A stretch of DNA of 63,942 nt, the filler included, from Octopus bimaculoides (Eukaryota), in the NCBI RefSeq assembly GCF_001194135.2. It is 9 parts of 8 records of this genome, joined end to end, with 100 filler letters (N's around TTAATTAATTAA, not from the genome) between each part and the next. Parts side by side here need not be neighbours in the genome. Positions count along the whole stretch, not along the records: positions 62,815 to 63,942 come from NW_026416261.1; 8 more parts are not named here. One strand, given 5' to 3'. Positions within the stretch are counted from its first letter, which is position 1. Every line of letters starts with the position of its first letter. The notes beneath the pieces were generated by a model. That model saw nothing but the letters and a program-made list of their open reading frames with translations. It made no database searches and was not told where the DNA came from. Positions 62,907 to 63,942 of this stretch are shown piece by piece. A program made the position numbers and the translations under genes.

Positions 62907-62945
62907 GAGAAATAACCGGTTTCGTGTTGTCTTTTCAAATTTCTC
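62907..62945 (-). ncRNA. Degenerate hammerhead motif in the PLE 3' region
   Basis: GAGAAAT-TTGAAAA-GACAACAC-GAAA-CCG-GTT-ATTTCTC: 7-bp stem I and palindromic AACCGGTT stem III; core mutated. Confidence 0.45.
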
Positions 62946-63139
62946 TACTTCAATGTAACATGTGTTCGCTCCAGTCTGAAAAGAAGAGTTCTAGATAGGG
63001 GGAGGTAATTAGGGATTTCTTCCGGTATAAGGGAGATAATCGAAATCTAGGAGGTGGTAGAATTTGATTAATTTACCATGGTTTTGTTCTATATTTTTTT
63101 CCCTCTCAATGGGGTAATGAATTTCCTTATTTAAATATG

Positions 63140-63409
63140 TTAGCAATGGTTAAGTTTGGGTTTGTATTTTTGAATGAAAAAGGTTTCCTTATTTAATCTA
63201 ATTTGTGTTGGTGTTCTAATGGCACATTGATAGAAAGGAAAGATTATAAATTGTGGTAGCATTTGTTTTGCGCATTTATCAATATGCTCACTAAAAGGTA
63301 TCATTCGATATTCTGGGCATGCAATCTGCTGTTGATGCAGAGTGCATCTGCGTCTGAGCGATAATCCTGTGGACCCTATGTAGTTTTTGTGGCAGCCCGA
63401 GCATCTTAT
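63140..63409 (-). mobile_element. PLE GIY-YIG endonuclease C-terminal coding segment (open, ends in TAA)
   Basis: Manual translation IRCSGCHKNYIGSTGLSLRRRCTLH...SEHIDKC...IRLNKETFFIQKYKPKLNHC*; YIG, CCHH and E...I...P.LN motifs. Confidence 0.9.
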
Positions 63410-63942
63410 TGATCTGGAATTTGCGTGGGAGAATAATTGGTGTTGAGTTCAGACAGCTCATGCAAACAAAATTACAAACAACATTTTTTAGCCCCAGACC
63501 AGAGACACCAGGACACAGGCTGGAATCTAGTAATCAGGAAAAACCGAAAATAATCAATCTCTCAACCAAACCTCTTTCAAGCATAAAAATAGACATCCTC
63601 TCAAAAGGGCTAAAATTCACCCCAACTCCACGCAGAGTCAACCAAAATGAAGTGAAGGACAGTATAACATAATTCTGTAGAAAATTAAGACTCACAGAAG
63701 CATCAACCAATCACAATACTGAAGATGACTCACTAGTCAAAAACAAAAGTGAGCACATCCCACACAAAGGTAGAAATAAAAATCTAGATGAATTCTGCAA
63801 CCACATCGAGAACTTCCCTTACCACACCATGCATAAACAGACAGTTAACTCAAACTTTAACACTGCACAATGGAAGGAACTAATAGAACTCTAAAATAAT
63901 GAAGATATTACGATTAAGGAAGCAGATAAAGGAAGTGCAGTT
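63409..63942 (+). pseudogene. PLE ORF N-terminal/RT start with two in-frame stops, running off the window
   Basis: IINLSTKPLS...ILSKGLKFTPTP...FCRKLRL...NNEDITIKEADKGSAV (IKPADKG motif). Confidence 0.9.

Overview
AT-rich, gap-riddled eukaryotic draft sequence. The SINE families and microsatellite load suggest a cephalopod/octopus genome (inference). I can support no host protein-coding gene, and almost all long ORFs in the track are microsatellite or N-gap artefacts. The window is a patchwork of at least three tRNA-derived SINE families (labelled A, B, C here), mariner/Tc1/Tigger/maT relics, RTE, CRE, R4-like and Tx1/L1-like LINE fragments, and Penelope-like element (PLE) pieces: an RT YIDD motif, a GIY-YIG endonuclease and an N-terminal INLS...KGLKF.PTP motif. 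The most interesting signal is a recurring set of short non-coding elements carrying minimal type-I hammerhead-ribozyme motifs. One is a tRNA-headed SINE with a hammerhead tail that sits as a head-to-head inverted dimer inside a single 14-bp target-site duplication (26691-27203). Two further fold-back insertions (20.5 kb, 47.5 kb) and an autonomous-type PLE relic (62.8-63.9 kb) show the same divergent architecture. A 5S rRNA/tRNA-SINE chimera lies at 42788-43303. Family names come from motif recognition without database searches, and repeat boundaries are approximate.
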